This document shows, piece by piece, positions 62,201 to 64,000 of a stretch of DNA of 64,000 nucleotides. The number at the start of each line of letters is the position of its first letter. Position 1 is the first letter of the stretch. The DNA comes from Bacillota bacterium (lineage in GTDB: Bacteria > Bacillota > Clostridia > Peptostreptococcales > Anaerovoracaceae). The notes below the pieces were generated by a model. It ran no database searches. It saw nothing but the letters and a program-made list of their open reading frames with translations, and was not told the origin of the DNA. The translations under genes and the position numbers were made by a program. Location: NCBI GenBank assembly GCA_905372035.1, contig CAJPNN010000002.1, positions 1,497 through 65,496 of the forward strand, given 5' to 3'.

Positions 62201-64000
62201 GGAACTGCTACCGCACCTGCCGGTTTGATTCCGACTTTAATTATTTTAATAAAGTCCATACCGTCAGCAGAAACTATAATATTGGTTATTCCATATCTGC
62301 CGTTTGCATTAGGTGTAACCACACCGTTTTCATCGACCGTTGCAAGGCTCTTATCCGTGCACTCAAACTTAACCTTTGAAGTATCAAGGTTGTAGTCCGT
62401 CTTTTCCTTATAAAGATTAAATCCGTGTATAATCTCTGCGGTGATCTTTGATTTGTTTATCTCCAGTTTCTGATCCACCGCAATATATACATGTGAAGGA
62501 AGCGGATTGAACTTGTCATATTTTCCGCCCGTGATCGGTGTTCCGTCTTTTGTGATGTTGGCCCAGTCAGTTACAAACGTCTTGTCGGATATATGTCCAA
62601 CCTCCACAGGCTTCGTATTCGGAACAGTATTAGGTGACCCGTCACCAAGCTGACCATAGTTATTAAGTCCCCACATTACTACAGTTCCGTCAGGCCTTAC
62701 TCCCCCTGACACATGTGACCATGTAGCAGTATCAATTTGCACAAGTCCATCTAAACTATCCAATCCTTTTTTTATGGCAGTTGTCGCTGTTGCACCCGTT
62801 CCTGCCTGTCCATATGCACTATATCCGCCCCCATAAAACTTACCGTCTCTGCCTATCCCTGCTATCCATTGGGAGGCAGCTCCATTAGCATTTCCTAATG
62901 AAAACGCTTTCAATTCTGTCTGAAATTTAGATTTGATAGGTGTCGATATGTTCTGTTCACTATCTCCTGTAGGATGTACATTGTCATATCCCCAGATGTA
63001 TATGTTTCCTTTTTCTGTTAAAGCCCCAAATAAATTGTATCCAACAGGCTCAGAATCTGCAACACTTATATCTACTACTGTTTCTATATACTTCTTTGAT
63101 ACAGGTGAAATTTCATCTCCATCCTTTCCTTTTAGTACCTGTATAGGTGAAGATGATACACCTGTCAAGCCATCTCCTAAACTTCCATGTTGTAACTTTG
63201 AAATTCCAGATCCCCAAGTAAATACCGTACCATTCGATTTTAAGGCTATATCTGCACACATCGAAATTTCTACTTCTACTATATCTCCAAGCTGAGTTGT
63301 TCCTGCCTGTCCTCCCGCAACAGGTGTCGCTACATTTACATGTCCTTCTTTTCCTATCCCTAATCTGTAATAATCGTTATTTCCCCATGTCCATAGATTT
63401 CCATCTTTATCTATAGCAAATACTGCTCCCGGTCCTGAAAATACAGCAACAGCATCATTAAATGTGGCACCGCCTGCTTTTACTACACTATTTGTAGGCA
63501 CAAGCTTTTCTACATTTGTGCCGTCTCCTATTCTTCCATCTCCATTATATCCCCAGCACTTTACCGTTCCGTCGGAAAGCAGTGCTACACTCCCTATATC
63601 ATTTGCCGCTACATCTATTATGCCTTCAAGTCCTTCTACCTTAACAGGCGCTGTTGAGTTTACTTTTGTTCCGTTTCCTAACTGTCCATAGTTATTCAGT
63701 CCCCATGTCCATACTGTTCCGTCTGATTTTAATGCAACTGTATGATTTGATCCTATAGCTATCTTCGGCATCGCTACAGTTCCCGCCGGCTTTATCTTTA
63801 CCACTATCATTGTCTGCCAGCCGGATTCACTATCCTTTATTATTATCTTTGTACTTCCATATCTTTTATTATTATTTGGCTTTACTACTCCATCTCCATT
63901 AACTGTTGCTATAGATTCATCCATGGATTTAAACTCAAGACTTCCTACATTAACAGGGTCTGATATGGAAATCAAATTAAATCCACTACTCTTTTTTATC
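26212..64000 (-). CDS. giant modular extracellular protein, 5'-truncated by the window (more than 12,590 codons): (Big_2 + RCC1 propeller) x at least 11, about 60 cadherin-like beta-sandwich units, CarboxypepD_reg-like domain, dockerin-like C-terminus
   Basis: Stop-free frame 26215-63999. The ORF-track M at 63975 is a TTG inside a Big_2 domain. The 8 codons upstream (IKKSSGFN) are also open and match the FN(L/V/I)F/Y element that precedes Big_2 in other modules. Recurrent, divergent domain signatures run through the whole frame. Stop TAA at 26212-26214. Confidence 0.92.
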   Translation of the reverse strand, partial: IKKSSGFNLISISDPVNVGSLEFKSMDESIATVNGDGVVKPNNNKRYGSTKIIIKDSESGWQTMIVVKIKPAGTVAMPKIAIGSNHTVALKSDGTVWTWGLNNYGQLGNGTKVNSTAPVKVEGLEGIIDVAANDIGSVALLSDGTVKCWGYNGDGRIGDGTNVEKLVPTNSVVKAGGATFNDAVAVFSGPGAVFAIDKDGNLWTWGNNDYYRLGIGKEGHVNVATPVAGGQAGTTQLGDIVEVEISMCADIALKSNGTVFTWGSGISKLQHGSLGDGLTGVSSSPIQVLKGKDGDEISPVSKKYIETVVDISVADSEPVGYNLFGALTEKGNIYIWGYDNVHPTGDSEQNISTPIKSKFQTELKAFSLGNANGAASQWIAGIGRDGKFYGGGYSAYGQAGTGATATTAIKKGLDSLDGLVQIDTATWSHVSGGVRPDGTVVMWGLNNYGQLGDGSPNTVPNTKPVEVGHISDKTFVTDWANITKDGTPITGGKYDKFNPLPSHVYIAVDQKLEINKSKITAEIIHGFNLYKEKTDYNLDTSKVKFECTDKSLATVDENGVVTPNANGRYGITNIIVSADGMDFIKIIKVGIKPAGAVAVPQVAVGRYNTVALKADGTVWTWGNNATGQLGNGTKDNSVTPIQVMNGGKPLGNIIMISTGGANRSGIRAHVLALSNDGTIWSWGDNVLGQVGNDGEAVILSPVQVKDPTGKDILRNIVEVRAGPTFSMALAKDGRVYTWGGNAYGQLGNATNENSKLPVLVVGGDTHKQHINKIVSIAAAGLNNHGYAVARGYAITETGTLYGWGHNDSGHLGIGHASNVNVPMMVKGVGEEKTLKNIVQVSGWQSGAMALDKDGDVYAWGWNGNGMLANGKVESRSALVPEKTMLSKIVELSTIADSGYARQYGEVEVIVTPAVPGSGTDPGTPAVTEKKMMDRVLSWGYGHNGEWGTGKTGDVMGTPMEVAGGETGEEKLGAVMSLGMSGQGYHAAAIKMNGNVFTWGLNDAGQLGDGSVTSRLTPVRVLNNGNPHLKIKFATLDRDGTSQTVRIYDGAVLLKDDTVVSALQVGDVVNIDKSKILGNEAFNVLRDSGYAPNTLEFTSLNEKVATVDKNTGKISLLRTGLAYIVVKDTEKGGVGYIKINVIPKNSNFIANPVVKAGHAFTLALKADGTVWSFGDNSVGQLGNGTVGGNSEFHVQVMRLEIGDENGNGTIGTDAIKLTDIVSIATGYDHSLALDKYGRVFAWGYGRIGALGDDKSGDNNVAPLAKQVVGVDYSSNNPDSRLKNIVQIGAAGYRDYAATSFAMDREGNLYAFGRNYCQALDPSIGGNTIIKIPVNVSKNNGTIGKIRSLVADTVAHHSGAVLDDGSLRIWGYSGYGAKGDGVDSGYRAVAPVLNKQVIFATFGWHNCMVTTIDGEVYMWGWNGEGGLGNNAATLNLPTKVEALSKDAEGNFPIQGTVTRGYSTMIKTDGKVYVTGSAGYRYPMGLGETMINSDEVKNMHAGKSDVQGAPFNDAVSTAVSLGDGISSTFIIKENGSLWATGNNYAGRLGIGGTQTVGEPERVGKSYLTMDKYLYSLSVGGEETPNKPVKDSFNLFDVSTGTGVEAEFNWQTWNGKEDIVKVDPRSGKITAVGVGTTYVIVNIVGDSVSTAAIKVEVAPSGAKAFPQVALGNKFSAALRADGTVWIWGNNDYGQLGNGSYNGNTTYPEKVSGLSNIIKIAAAHEFMLALDKSGNVWSWGRNHKGQLGTDKTDNSNVPVKVLKGEQESGTEFLSNIVAIQAGGSDENSSFAVALASDGKIYAFGDNTYKQLAKSDETMYKVPKLLPITDGRDIAVGKGNTLYVLKNSGAVAVMGSNRNYEYGIGNTGEAYPTTVPLTNSAMGIGAADKNGMAITYMLENNEKPNEDITGKIYGFGNNANYMLSAKNGVLARPETMTGRDNIVVMGGSDTVYTIDENGKLLMSGEGTSGQLGNGKFANSTSAAVTFEALAKDSGKPLGKVIGAAVSKGGKHVIAIAEDGTLWAYGENRNIQLGNSEIVDKTNTAVKVGGEMSVGAAKHEILLRKDAKYSAADLASVNPTFNVIKEMQQPNVSISYESRNAAVATVKNDGEISATGVGQTFIKISIKPDGGETKELFIKVLVVPDDKTVTKKFITYPSVDVGHEFTVALKANGEVYSWGLNDYGQLGLGYTGGIETAPQKVMDGVVSLSAGHNYVVAATADGKVYTWGCDNYGQLGHGNPKKNLDTPEEVKFFTDNNIKIVKVSAGGYEGYGFTLALSDKNEVYGFGINNGRQISETGAGEFTLPVKIPVADIIAISANTIRTSYMLSASGTVYAMGIADYGEYGEAKREAIQAVNIGDGLKAVAIASGHGSAFAITSDNQVIGWGRSVEGQLGRQAYNVAPTAMSLKDVVMLDGGMSTLALISNDVFDDETKASFGNIYSSGNNAYGQLGTGDNAHKYEFGKVKAEEEDKPFNKAIYVATSDMASNSAAISREGNVYVWGLGANGQIGNGSFESYSKPTTAGVRRMIVSGIPDNRLLVKVGDEGIKLHATVTSGFNVFGDDIPLGDVAIRAASTNPDVVSISNDSLHKLTYHKPGEAKIVLYDKESGLYGICQIKVLPADLNIENPVFPKTVAGGSFGMALKADGTVWTWGNNEYGQLGINDESKKEVLSPVQVVMSNGQPLKDVKDIAAGDYFALALLKDGTVYAWGYNDGNGALGQGTGARYNQHAPVQVKGVGGTGFLGDEKTGKIVSISADYYSAVAVTEKGTAYAWGGNDYYKLGTLSGGVMYTPTKVAGVNNAFEAYPNRYRMSILNKDATVLGAGYNNYGELSTGEQSTKSRVQLAQKGKNQGPIKGVSHVAVGEHHTVLNVYEFDKELPPGEDPSKQFKNRVLSSGYNAEGAIGNGKYDYYNLYAVPVRTPDNKADLTGIASVAATVRGSFALAHDGTIWSWGQNDQGQLGNTVVGGNYSLAAKVLKDNITGEPIKNIMYVTSASTGRYALAINELGGVFSWGANNLGQLGDGTVGGNQTYPTVVGSVPLKISKKLIRVKPNESDKVTVENDGKPFFVFGEIAQSSSISWRVLNSRIASINAGNNGEVTVTGLKNGETSVIAKDNVTGKTISCKIIVSDGFTNPQVVGGKDFTVALKADGTVWTWGLNRAGQLGIANSTPQAVLPQKVTKYESKYQGEIFEFKNIIKIAAGTDFALALDADGNVYSWGLNSYGQLGYSNYYYGSRNMPIKITAISSIVDIKAGDSFALALDADGRVYSWGRNTHGQLGLNTIDGSQHPTPELVKGKGGSGVVRGAVEIAASYRSGALVLGDGSVWSFGDNSKGQLGDGSTSSYSATIVGVKNIKNANKLVGGAMNMAAVLDDGNAVIWGDNSSSQVNNVNAAGMDVCNTPYLIEDATHAAMKNIDNIAIGGSDAGDSQIIVTDMDGNIYTWGSALNGKLGDGVLANRATPVKISVPKDTGAKVGGIGAGNAHSLAILENGDVYAWGANTSGQLGDETMVQNIYPVKVGGDYIDLDKYHITIKVGDNDLKDITGRYNLFFNVYKDVDSTASISARSLDESVVRVENGKLVPVAAGKTKVVVSAKGKNAICEVTVLGADAGTVKYLASPDVASGEGFTVILRANGTVYAWGKNDVGQLGDGSTENRIFPMNIVFGNDPDTYITKIKAGRSHVLALDNKGHVWSWGLNDKGQLGRSGDQSKPAMISGVDDIEFAELGTGETSSYAVDNNGNVYAFGNEIGGSGTSFGGTPILLSLLNRTVSISGGYALKSDETVWVVPADIKETVVLRKSDLANITELSSSNNHTLALDEDGALWTFGNSDYGQLGDGEKKGRNNARKITEANDNTALPSLKRISAGYRYSLALSKDGKVYAWGLNDKGQVGNENVYSETLKPAQVSTYPNVGADKIEKIAAGYGHSVTSKVDGYVWSFGWNNYSQLGNEDTDDSYVPVIAGKNSISAVPNSIKLPVDANNDVDIKDMITVSESESINLLKDGKKLGAYVINSKNSDVLKTNGADTKVRALKEGVAILEVTSATSSAKGYLTVVVTGKTAYPMIAVGNTHTVALKADGTLWTWGNNSNGQLGHDAAGGAIKEVVISAGGSQPIKEIIKYIAAGKNATYAVSESGKVYSFGDNTYGQLGAGIEDRKVTGIQKVVTDGHEFGADIRVSKISAFDNSVMLLTEDGKVYVFGEAFGNRNKASRFNYTDNIRDISRNYALTAGGDVWTLTNNAVPKKLMGFKDQNKQRVPIIKIAAGKDHLLALDVNGRVWSYGKGYYGQLGNGDWHDVWTPKLIDSISDVKDIAAGDYTSAAILSDGKVYTWGINSNGQLGTGNTDSRYVPTKNRNEKSNISIFAGYRNIASVEGNGTVWMSGANEEGQIGDSTRIDRNEPVIVGGSEVTILDETDTPLYGTIYLRKGDQKKLKGAFGLFNLLNNETAAQEFNYKSSNMSVATVEMNTGQMAAVKEGVSYINVTEAAYTHKEAYIKVVVLPEKVPAGTTFRPDAVTKAGHSVAVKYDGTLWAWGINNSGQLGTGNTDNCDEPVNVTPSGVKFKAVAAGGMHSLALDSEGNVWFTGTVKGRVTNSFTKIAGLKDIIEISAGNEFNLALDKRGNVYSWGDNSRGQLGISDNLVYLEEPALVPINSVTAISAGNEHSLFLRSTGEVYAAGNYENARLGVEGASTYIYRPAKVSKVSSAVAISAGGAHSAVVTFREDLITFGKNDKGQLGREGSSSTPSKVDTLTYISEVSAGEDYTVAMNRDGEAYVSGANNYGQLGVGDKLNKSAFIRNTKFTDDNIVLTSVSAGTGYSVAVDNAGNVYGFGDYSQGADLEFNETLSDVPVRIGERKQLIKESEILLRVGEQYLVKTFSGNDFNIFGDVVSNNTKAEFTIGNMEVAIVDPLGNITARNPGVAKLIVEKGGMKSRCIVRVIPEEFKAMPMVAAGNAHVLAIRADGTVWSWGGNAYGQLGLGNNVLGNKSEPTEIIALRGKKIVSVAAGEFHSLAIDADGRVYVWGSNQRGQTGLDSLENAIYTPTMLPNISNVRKILGGRDHSVILTGGGDIYTFGDNSHGQLGTGSMKDFERVPVRVKSINKIIDISFGAGGNCNIVLRYDGTVWAWGANNNKQISSEEHSNQSYRSPIRINMGQFEGQISRVYNGLSHSLALLNDGRVIAWGDNARGQLGTGDKNPVIGPTLVKDLGGVLDLDVGATHNIALTEEGDVYAWGDGDYGRLGVGRANGETGYSQTKPIKVTYFNRNAIFIAAGGAASYVLKNDGYLYSFGVNDKGQLGNGESGESGEFTNVEDSYKYSPVLVSGKQMKIMPESFRIAAGGTENVEFTASRFNMFRDIEPNATEYKWEITDEKDVHGANAGTGNIARFFNDPNTGQIDNKKLLGVKEGTALLTITDKVSGYVAKAEIQVVNPDLIRPDKIIMEHVVAKDLAVNDAVTKGFLDSDEYEKTVLPNGNIIYNLKGIKGIYGVQVMVEGDKSVIRVKSKVNTDDITLQDKNGTPIGNKSKNSTPGDKYKGYFEFTDVPVSKIREMFYIRIHNAGIPDGPDDHDETDNINYYDGIYKLVATILSEDVSLKALKIDTSQSGIDYMADHTKFKDGSITSIKNAIQIGNTNQYFTVVDDATQNLKIYVYGEGGFASTISVNNKKVNADHDEAHKHPKNFDVQTVTLNENDKMVTVPINITADNNKSMSYLLTIYKKKAATAIKEITATSKGVANGKTYRAVMTDDLHYDVYLPEDVKSVDITTIGELSEAQVQYKAAAPNRDLDYSKVVNGVYPDFVLADKSGTDTAVVQLKAGGNEGLQYTLRIHRLSKAEDPMVYVNANYVKKEKMPGVQGIYRYKVDKTADSARVMVTTATYGSYIKIGDTAPSLNASIQNIRVNFGPDGTQDIDIHVIPDGESANDGNRYILRLYNEDSDNRLGEVKADEIIKATGAAGEEFKAVYDYEKDAYIVKVKGKVEKIRLNANPMARGALIALDKNEDTAKNAAGAPSATVEEELLQNEITYFATVTPKVHDSVTGVYAKATYKIIVIRQSSNVDLDVKFGEHKLNLDADESTYDFLLPRSADGSDNTVRTLTAETKDKFAAVTISDSKTFEIANGAGNKAEMKDVKANEPEATVKYIHVRAQDGTTKTFTVKIKKLSKDKTIINDGVIVQTTSGKQIAKYDANTSTYRVKVPYDKEGAWIKVIPNNKDAYIRVGDEGDYKKPEEDTLVTGEAPSVVYKNFTLVDPATGAKETVTKISVKSPDGIDPVKEYNLIIEAASSDTSIYTIREISNVKYAGKPVKAPEGVSEYDYYLGVDQEDINNGATVQIEVVATSPSATVTINDGIANGTVPADFVNENTDPSETNRALKTIKLMNDQPVVRIKVVSEEGVATKIYKLRIVPKSNDNTIDPNGYVKLVRINDMDRPVGYNTAKGAYVVSVAEGTSKLPIRIKANSPFAKVAVDRFANPLGSDGALYSDNNEIMLPGYDISGTDLNKGLEIPFYVKAENGAIRTYKIIVQTAARDTAVTKVELIIDGVAREAVVNKLNPLEYNIVVGRDVSKADIRVTPNSYEVHEILIGGAYDSIDNITGARTRNNYPMELGNEFTVPISVTASDKLTKEDGYKLIIKKVDLNMDLASVKVDETSLTKGAKDTYTYIANTNVLNSKANITLISVKPESTVKLERMIPAKGKSPVEYSYEEIGKAVKGGGVWDDVSLDTKSDINRFRVTVTAEDGYTSKTYYLVIRTKSENTEIDYIKVGQYYAKPTNDNSKWEVKIPNTTKFAAFTIKTYDELASILKLNGSGYEQGIYSDVITDMDLQTANKVLTFEIKSQSGNTKRTITLTIIGDETAPAIKKITVNGDKAKDPTVSETNYIYDTVLPNASELLVGAEGTLINYYVEIDGGDRKLSKNEKKVYMPVSESEKEIGVKLYKEATDSNSAVAAGLILKRLAQDYGIILTVDGKAPTAKNDGSYEAYVDAKASHAGIKAIASNNNYIVTIDGYSDKDGSPASVNNKANTGQAAELNTYLYRALESKETTVNITVKKSDDDKTPAKYRLVLRMKSNNTAVKEVIANIGTSYENKDTTESLETHNGKPYGIYNVFIPVDKADPNKLIYTELLSVRPEDKTSEVSIDGGDFSSVDADGVYTKRVVLTNKTFDANNDGTPDTFIVPMKVKSQSGDIKEYKIYVTVSDLDLGLTSVKVNSTVIKPDSKGNYVAYVDNGAVSADVLLQATENALPEIRSLDGNIVAPNGGSNLLVVRGFDISKLDPNNPDGLKFNIRLKAKDSAYERIVPLIFKAKSGSTKITVEVNGRKAVWNTATNTFEGYLSYEEKQANIQAVAEDDFAKVGIETNPPVDVKVTSKLINVDGDSAVVKIYVTAQNGTPATVNGKGWYTLNLTRRSGDNGILKIFETTTNVPAMEKQDPVTGDKVYSFYFGDDNKDFGLTVVPASKATLRVGYYDKAGAWIGSDWTSQHDSTFAGNINADENKGKYSVEVRAENGDIKAYSLNMLRKKGDVSLKSIVTNRGEVSHFNVKMDKDIQYDSYVPEKNVKIEIRPNDENAKILSVRRVVAPNDDAEYTDVLKAAEWDNDTAPDGTRNFILKGGVKLGIVEYYRIEIESHSGVIGKRYLLLRGMSDDISVHRVKVNNVLGTDVINEGKEYIFKVDNSLNKLPVEFVANSRAYITYVNGVKVTVPAGDWNNNGEDYKLSIGEQTAIGFRVDAEMYVDAERTPNAFRDYSVKIFKNSNNTALTGVTVNGGTAKARSNNPTIYEISIPSKVDANDLLSSNPAKIRINTQNGFADIVMLENEQPTSEKAKGELNVTRELGDPESNPVNIFRFRVISSSGNAQQDYTLYVYRDLEKIGIKSLHVDGKKIEEKNGIFAAQVEIGKPVDISIEPVGALSKITLWGNGISENAPKIGTGLSIFENLPINAVGDTEYRFKVAASDGSAESEVKRIIISVSQGADTGIQSVEFAGKKAKISDWDKSTYIVNVPPETLTGLLKIKANNAQSKILFEGINSIDGVLTASCHCAGNVTELIFNVTARDGKTKKDYKLLIVKGISTIKNVKVNGNDALKQGDKYYYQVKPNASAADVTLTASSTAAKVKIAGNAEKIHEDTVSVKLNSVGETVVPLVVSTYPFTDDMKVNASLIITKQDNRLNLSSVLFKPESQNSAREVEKDSKGDYYTLMPAADTKGQLTVVANSSDVNLKLYKVGNPDAIADGAESIDVALSNLTDPVNKYKIVASRGTDTAVYDLTMAKRNSDAEIVKVIGQKGLPDETVANKVSSTDPDKNTKYVLYVRDDLKDLALYIKSSNEKAKISLEGVSDSQVGEFNADVSLPLDQKEIKKVITVVATDNTKKNYDLVISRENRVARLDEVAVNDTVIEYKNGAYTAYLDESAYPTMENATAKVVIKAPAGTVKLYKDNNELVSKSGISNVWSDDALQIDALKIDEYRIVVTSGNGQSSASYKLIIRTPDYQTGLDYVKVDAGAGETELKKDASNTYNMIISNSSDHIKISAGALNKNAILKINRVDNDTYKQTINSLAISTMIKDIYIPIDVTDPDLKVTRYTVKLTRKNLDDSIKTLKVDDSENLVNTKKVETINGKEHDVYTYILKDAVSDFSTPVITNIYAETANAFAKITGGMDTAPDPVEQDLNVWSVNKFRLADKEVTVFEIKTKSEDSKEIKVSYLRVYKKTSNTELESIKAYYKENGKETSQAAQVKDGEYHVWVPSTASLVDIEAISKSLMAGVKVGSHVTYKEHQDKLTDVPMAANEFVIDISVRATDGTIAAHKLHVHKADVSLKNLIIYNALQGNQDAEYRDGAYHVDILPQDNVSVTANTTLRDMYVRIGVLKKPASTDSSYAEYLRKASNYANDDPDIVWLEWVKATNTYQVLPLNTEDASTTMVKVQVGVPNDLANPHEPTLGDDGVIGTVATYNLFIKQKSNNNKLIPVVDDVAIKESIPKLEADGHVYNNFYFGVPSSHANTVRFKILKDALGVDEPVVSLMNNVPDQSGTVYINNDFAHDTYVELAINAPAQVAEDTEDSVFELTARSKTGQVAYYRVHIYRQSQNTDIDYGESTVNKEYRKKTVVDEHITDIFETPETALDQVDLDGKPLAGKYALVYLKTVAPKAKIVFKGKTYVGATDDPNDRVKGILVPIKEGEKHLDIPYTVISEDESSEGRKVSDNILHIDVSSVNNNIEFIEIRGVNTTRAVQSGEDVDGFTGEKITVYKGFVSSEDYRLSVEKNIKTYVTAQAQTHTEKTVVRLADENGELEPGIVNPSPQLAYRSSYSYDTKDANSENPVTVSMSVTSETGVRKLYRLDIYRTVDDNRKVKNVWVAPAGKLDSASPASFDPAENMYVAEIGNDIRTIEIKVKADHEYAGVDINGKNEYEVGEKTLLINNLKPGQSYDFHFKVRSQDEMATGKSEGKDYVVRVKRISENRKILKVELKNSNGEVVETIRKVDHVNKRIDIDVPYASQIVPVNIIADDPGAVLSMSLPHGDFTAQSKLEVNLPFDKDEFANGPKAYSVQVKSTPNDTTPATYNIVLHRKTSELKVKEVKLNGRLAKVNPNNHYEFSIDIGSGELKGNLSATTLAEGEFIQLVSGSRPFVKNTDTYEDLSFDDILVGNEREFSINVGSKDSNSVTGDPDQIKETKLKIRRLKPEEIRSDLQLVFNVAETKNGTYKRASFKNTTKEVIDGEERTVDNYQKFVNPVVKYAYIKTQTNFGDSKIDISQDGAVLGSGNGEADATAFMSSDNIVLPVKVTAKDGATMNYKLFIEKASNNIALKIVEAKAQVAGTMMLTPVTATPVKMNEYVAEMPMGSEAATFRVVTEDPDTIIQLYDEDMKTLTGESVKGELRFGQKIGMLTDKSEYVLKIKVISKTGGAEQDYYLRAVSIPDGTEIKDMFVKGVDDPVERFKSAAVTGLTTYFASVPNKDAAHPAEKATVKIVPKNPEAVISIEGVANPDGKGEYITEVALTSSLVTEVNVVVQAPSGAKSQYKLYLSKYTYDYELIVRVNNEITERAGNTYIRRNALPFNVNSANVEVTVADREKGYQLSINGGALQKITVDRPIATAKVPLSGGVLTNFPVKVYDAAGQFIKEYTVSVKKDQEDNNLGVIYVDGHKAVKYGTADGRVKYEAYSYGSPKHNGTDKGTANVEIYAVNKNSMIEMVRVKEAGGADNEWRGIDPSTGRLKATVGGLERKKDDNPMPPETNRFNITITAGSSSYYELYIHYVPADVFLDGLQVTKKGSSVPAPFKNGVYKKDILEYEVELNEDVNEFDISAWALETKKAVDAYFTSLGLDAANYPTKIKIGDAEPLGNGVEVLQKDSGEHVSAHVKVSNDYTRIPVYLMVPNFVKTYYVVIHKTSSDATLRELSVKDHNIEPEFKPEVKGYTLDVESYNKEAVIHARANHDHVGAGTRVTLLGFRNGVDKYQIGSELVEINEKVSLAYGSNNFEIRVTSENGTVETYKLTIYRKPIDVDLKDVLVNGNNAAYVGNNTFRAYVVPGSKAEIKVRGNDPRAVATLNNGVISNPGDYAVMEMDTKNIPGNVNEVAVKVAVTDGSVVVEKNYKLEVVEADGDILSVYMDAGDGTFDPSSPVNSALKYANPISATWNSAENRFEIGIPYLKLSPKIRITTMKEGKQVKVGVGSYKNPDTGTEKRFTGGILIDASKNESLVKIVVKDKASGIEKPYDLLIKRLSNEAELSDLDVGSETKIKPDFDPKNKVYEMTVEKDSVKFNKIAAKHPKATIKIRDNTSVNSFGNTTEFTLKNLKPGINIMEIEVTSEDKTVTNIYKVRVNFKLPAKASLLKDLRVYTGEKEKDRRYHHLVPMFDKNIQTYYMPISSKLNEKTDPVFVEATPIDQQYQLFYKKIVNGEQADSGNGSLVLIDKQLHANDEVRVVFSVQYKGTSSGVPLAEYTVIFGKDKESNLNPDTDWLTSISLEKTELTRDFSEGIKDGNYFATVENNVTKDKLTAVVGDVGASVVTKLYKLENDRKTWTLQNNINSGIPTEITFDVGDNVYLIEALVNADAGEKPTIKKYYSLTINRKAEEKTDFVVGDPLLKSITTNVASISPLFDSNITSYNLSVTNKVEELALTIEAKDDKAVISVRSEAWDYDEEGLGFIKTNGIRLVSGNNRIVITCEVQGAKKVYVLNINKAVEPYTAELVDLKHDKRGTLAPIFNSDISNYYITYPADAQDIWFTPIMRAPDSGHVEVYVDGTKVMDVNSGDVFNYKNVKFGESVVKFRVVVDKNGTKVTRDYVVTVFRNKTDDPVAEGINIEAFNKAGTRYELTPPFKENVNSYYLNVPNSEDSVDIKVTLPNSVGSTVLINKANAGAGNKYTVPLNTVGDHEIIVEVKDNNGNNKWYTIIVNRSDVEKPGTVKLDDLKVKQAKYKLTPLFASDIKYYEVKVDADTNFINLIPYSGSNITINNMPVLSGAQSQNLELNYGETFIDVVLKGTAAMGTQNTKVHYIVKVIRPTEDHNAKLVNLSVDKGTMAPVFRTDQSSYYVTVPYGVKTIGVLPTALEAKNVVKINGQVFSGTDYMQVDISGTTNKNLRIEVFEDSNATVASSTYTLSVSRRDLSGKNVDLKGFELSNVELTTVFNTREINYYAYVPESMSTVELKVSAAADGAEISGAGTIDFTSRQTKTTIVTVTNGNSVQRYSLTLMDKPKTKLINQIAVENATYDFATTENAGNAIIARSAESAKITVGQAGDGKDYFINGKKIKSGEAVTVKINTDRDRFDIRAVSGDKVSEEVYVLYLDKDKDKPFEPYISKIMLNNDGSTITSNDLIPNFDKKKFEYAATNGGEKVYMFAEPDTENSFIELYNEENGVYSVVEDLGSMIEQNIDKVKGYSVFKFRITKFSANGYENINEYNVKVYNTDSPIANRIWVQDAVMEPEFKETLRDYAVKISNNTTEFTVNSEIGYSDGYVEMSIDGGDFVRGNTRTFTGLNLNRKNFEVVVRIHDGKGKHGDYRLHVERTDEPILQIELQDLKMTDETAEGDGLYELKPKFTEGKGRYEAVISYTDRSVKITATAKNADDRISAVLPDGREIPLISGAESPDLVLPADFLADDDARAVIRLKAVDNTGKIGNYEIVITREARKFGNARLESLVPTYTDGEEIGNFIFNPESKNHKIIVKRGTKEINLKAVAENPADNVVVNYNGTDIAGNSNNKIVKVPVSEDDTRNFVFLTVGGGGTTPSTYMVEIVYANTAYLADISVTDDDPDDDYKKLIPGFDPLKRDYKVKVGALETNIEFTILGNDDADLSMKKDGESAHKLLSVREMKKAFDLDLATKEFKFIFEINKPASGSDPGGKGQYVVTVIRDTAASEAVVQTYIKGKVRLYGPDASSVIRLFDSSGNQVVAGKDGIAMDYEVGADGAFEIQPRQEGTYSMEIERKGYLKLKIVNIEIGRTFAKAMYDFGMLDLMPGNVVDAGDSKDVIDETDLEAFRKIMDGQNTVTVTYDEDTGAIIKTTSIGGIERTSVVLESVVATDIKSDTDNVTAENALNVLDEKTDDVSKVDKLEASVEVEGDKVAISVTKVVVGEGMNRAPAMVTATVTVNRADCDFNQDGVVDFKDLTYLVTHMGKKMFVIDNRDVNDVNRKKPVQYV
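26311..26346 (-). other. dockerin / EF-hand-like Ca-binding segment 2 of the giant protein
   Basis: DFNQDGVVDFKD followed by LTYLVTHMGKK matches the D-x-N-x-D-G-x-(I/V)-x-x-x-D + helix pattern of dockerin repeats. It starts 44 aa from the C-terminus. Confidence 0.5.
26677..26760 (-). other. dockerin / EF-hand-like Ca-binding segment 1 of the giant protein
   Basis: PGNVVDAGDSKDVIDETDLEAFRKIMDG. An Asp-rich loop followed by an amphipathic helix, as in a dockerin repeat, but with a longer loop. Confidence 0.35.
26809..27033 (-). other. CarboxypepD_reg-like / Cna-B-like small beta-sandwich near the C-terminus of the giant protein
   Basis: IKGKVRLYGPDASSVIRLFDSSGNQVVAGKDGIAMDYEVGADGAFEIQPRQEGTYSMEIERKGYLKLKIVNIEIG fits the I.G.V...a.V.l.d.sG......t...G.F.i.....G.Y.l.i...Gy pattern. 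Confidence 0.5.
27075..47760 (-). repeat. array of about 60 divergent cadherin-like beta-sandwich units (PF12733-like), 100-125 aa each
   Basis: I counted about 61 unit-closing strands of the form Y-x-[LIV]-x-[LIVF]-x-[RK] by eye (YTLRIHR, YKLRIVPK, YKLTIYRK, YSLTINRK, YVVTVIRD and others). C-terminal units carry the canonical L-x-x-L-x-V...L-x-P-x-F...Y-x-x-x-V opening, for example LRELSVKDHNIEPEFKPEVKGYTLDV. Confidence 0.75.
47760..64000 (-). repeat. tandem array of at least 11 modules, each one Big_2 Ig-like domain followed by an RCC1-type multi-blade beta-propeller
   Basis: Each module has (S/T)xxxxVATVDxxGxV...G Big_2 text, then a first blade such as HTVALKADGTVWTWGxNxxGQLGxG, then further blades with GxNxxGQLG. 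First blades lie at about 63770, 62210, 60560, 59020, 57560, 56140, 54630, 53180, 51855, 50515 and 49215. The period is about 1300-1650 nt. A terminal Big_2 lies at about 47760-48090. Confidence 0.85.
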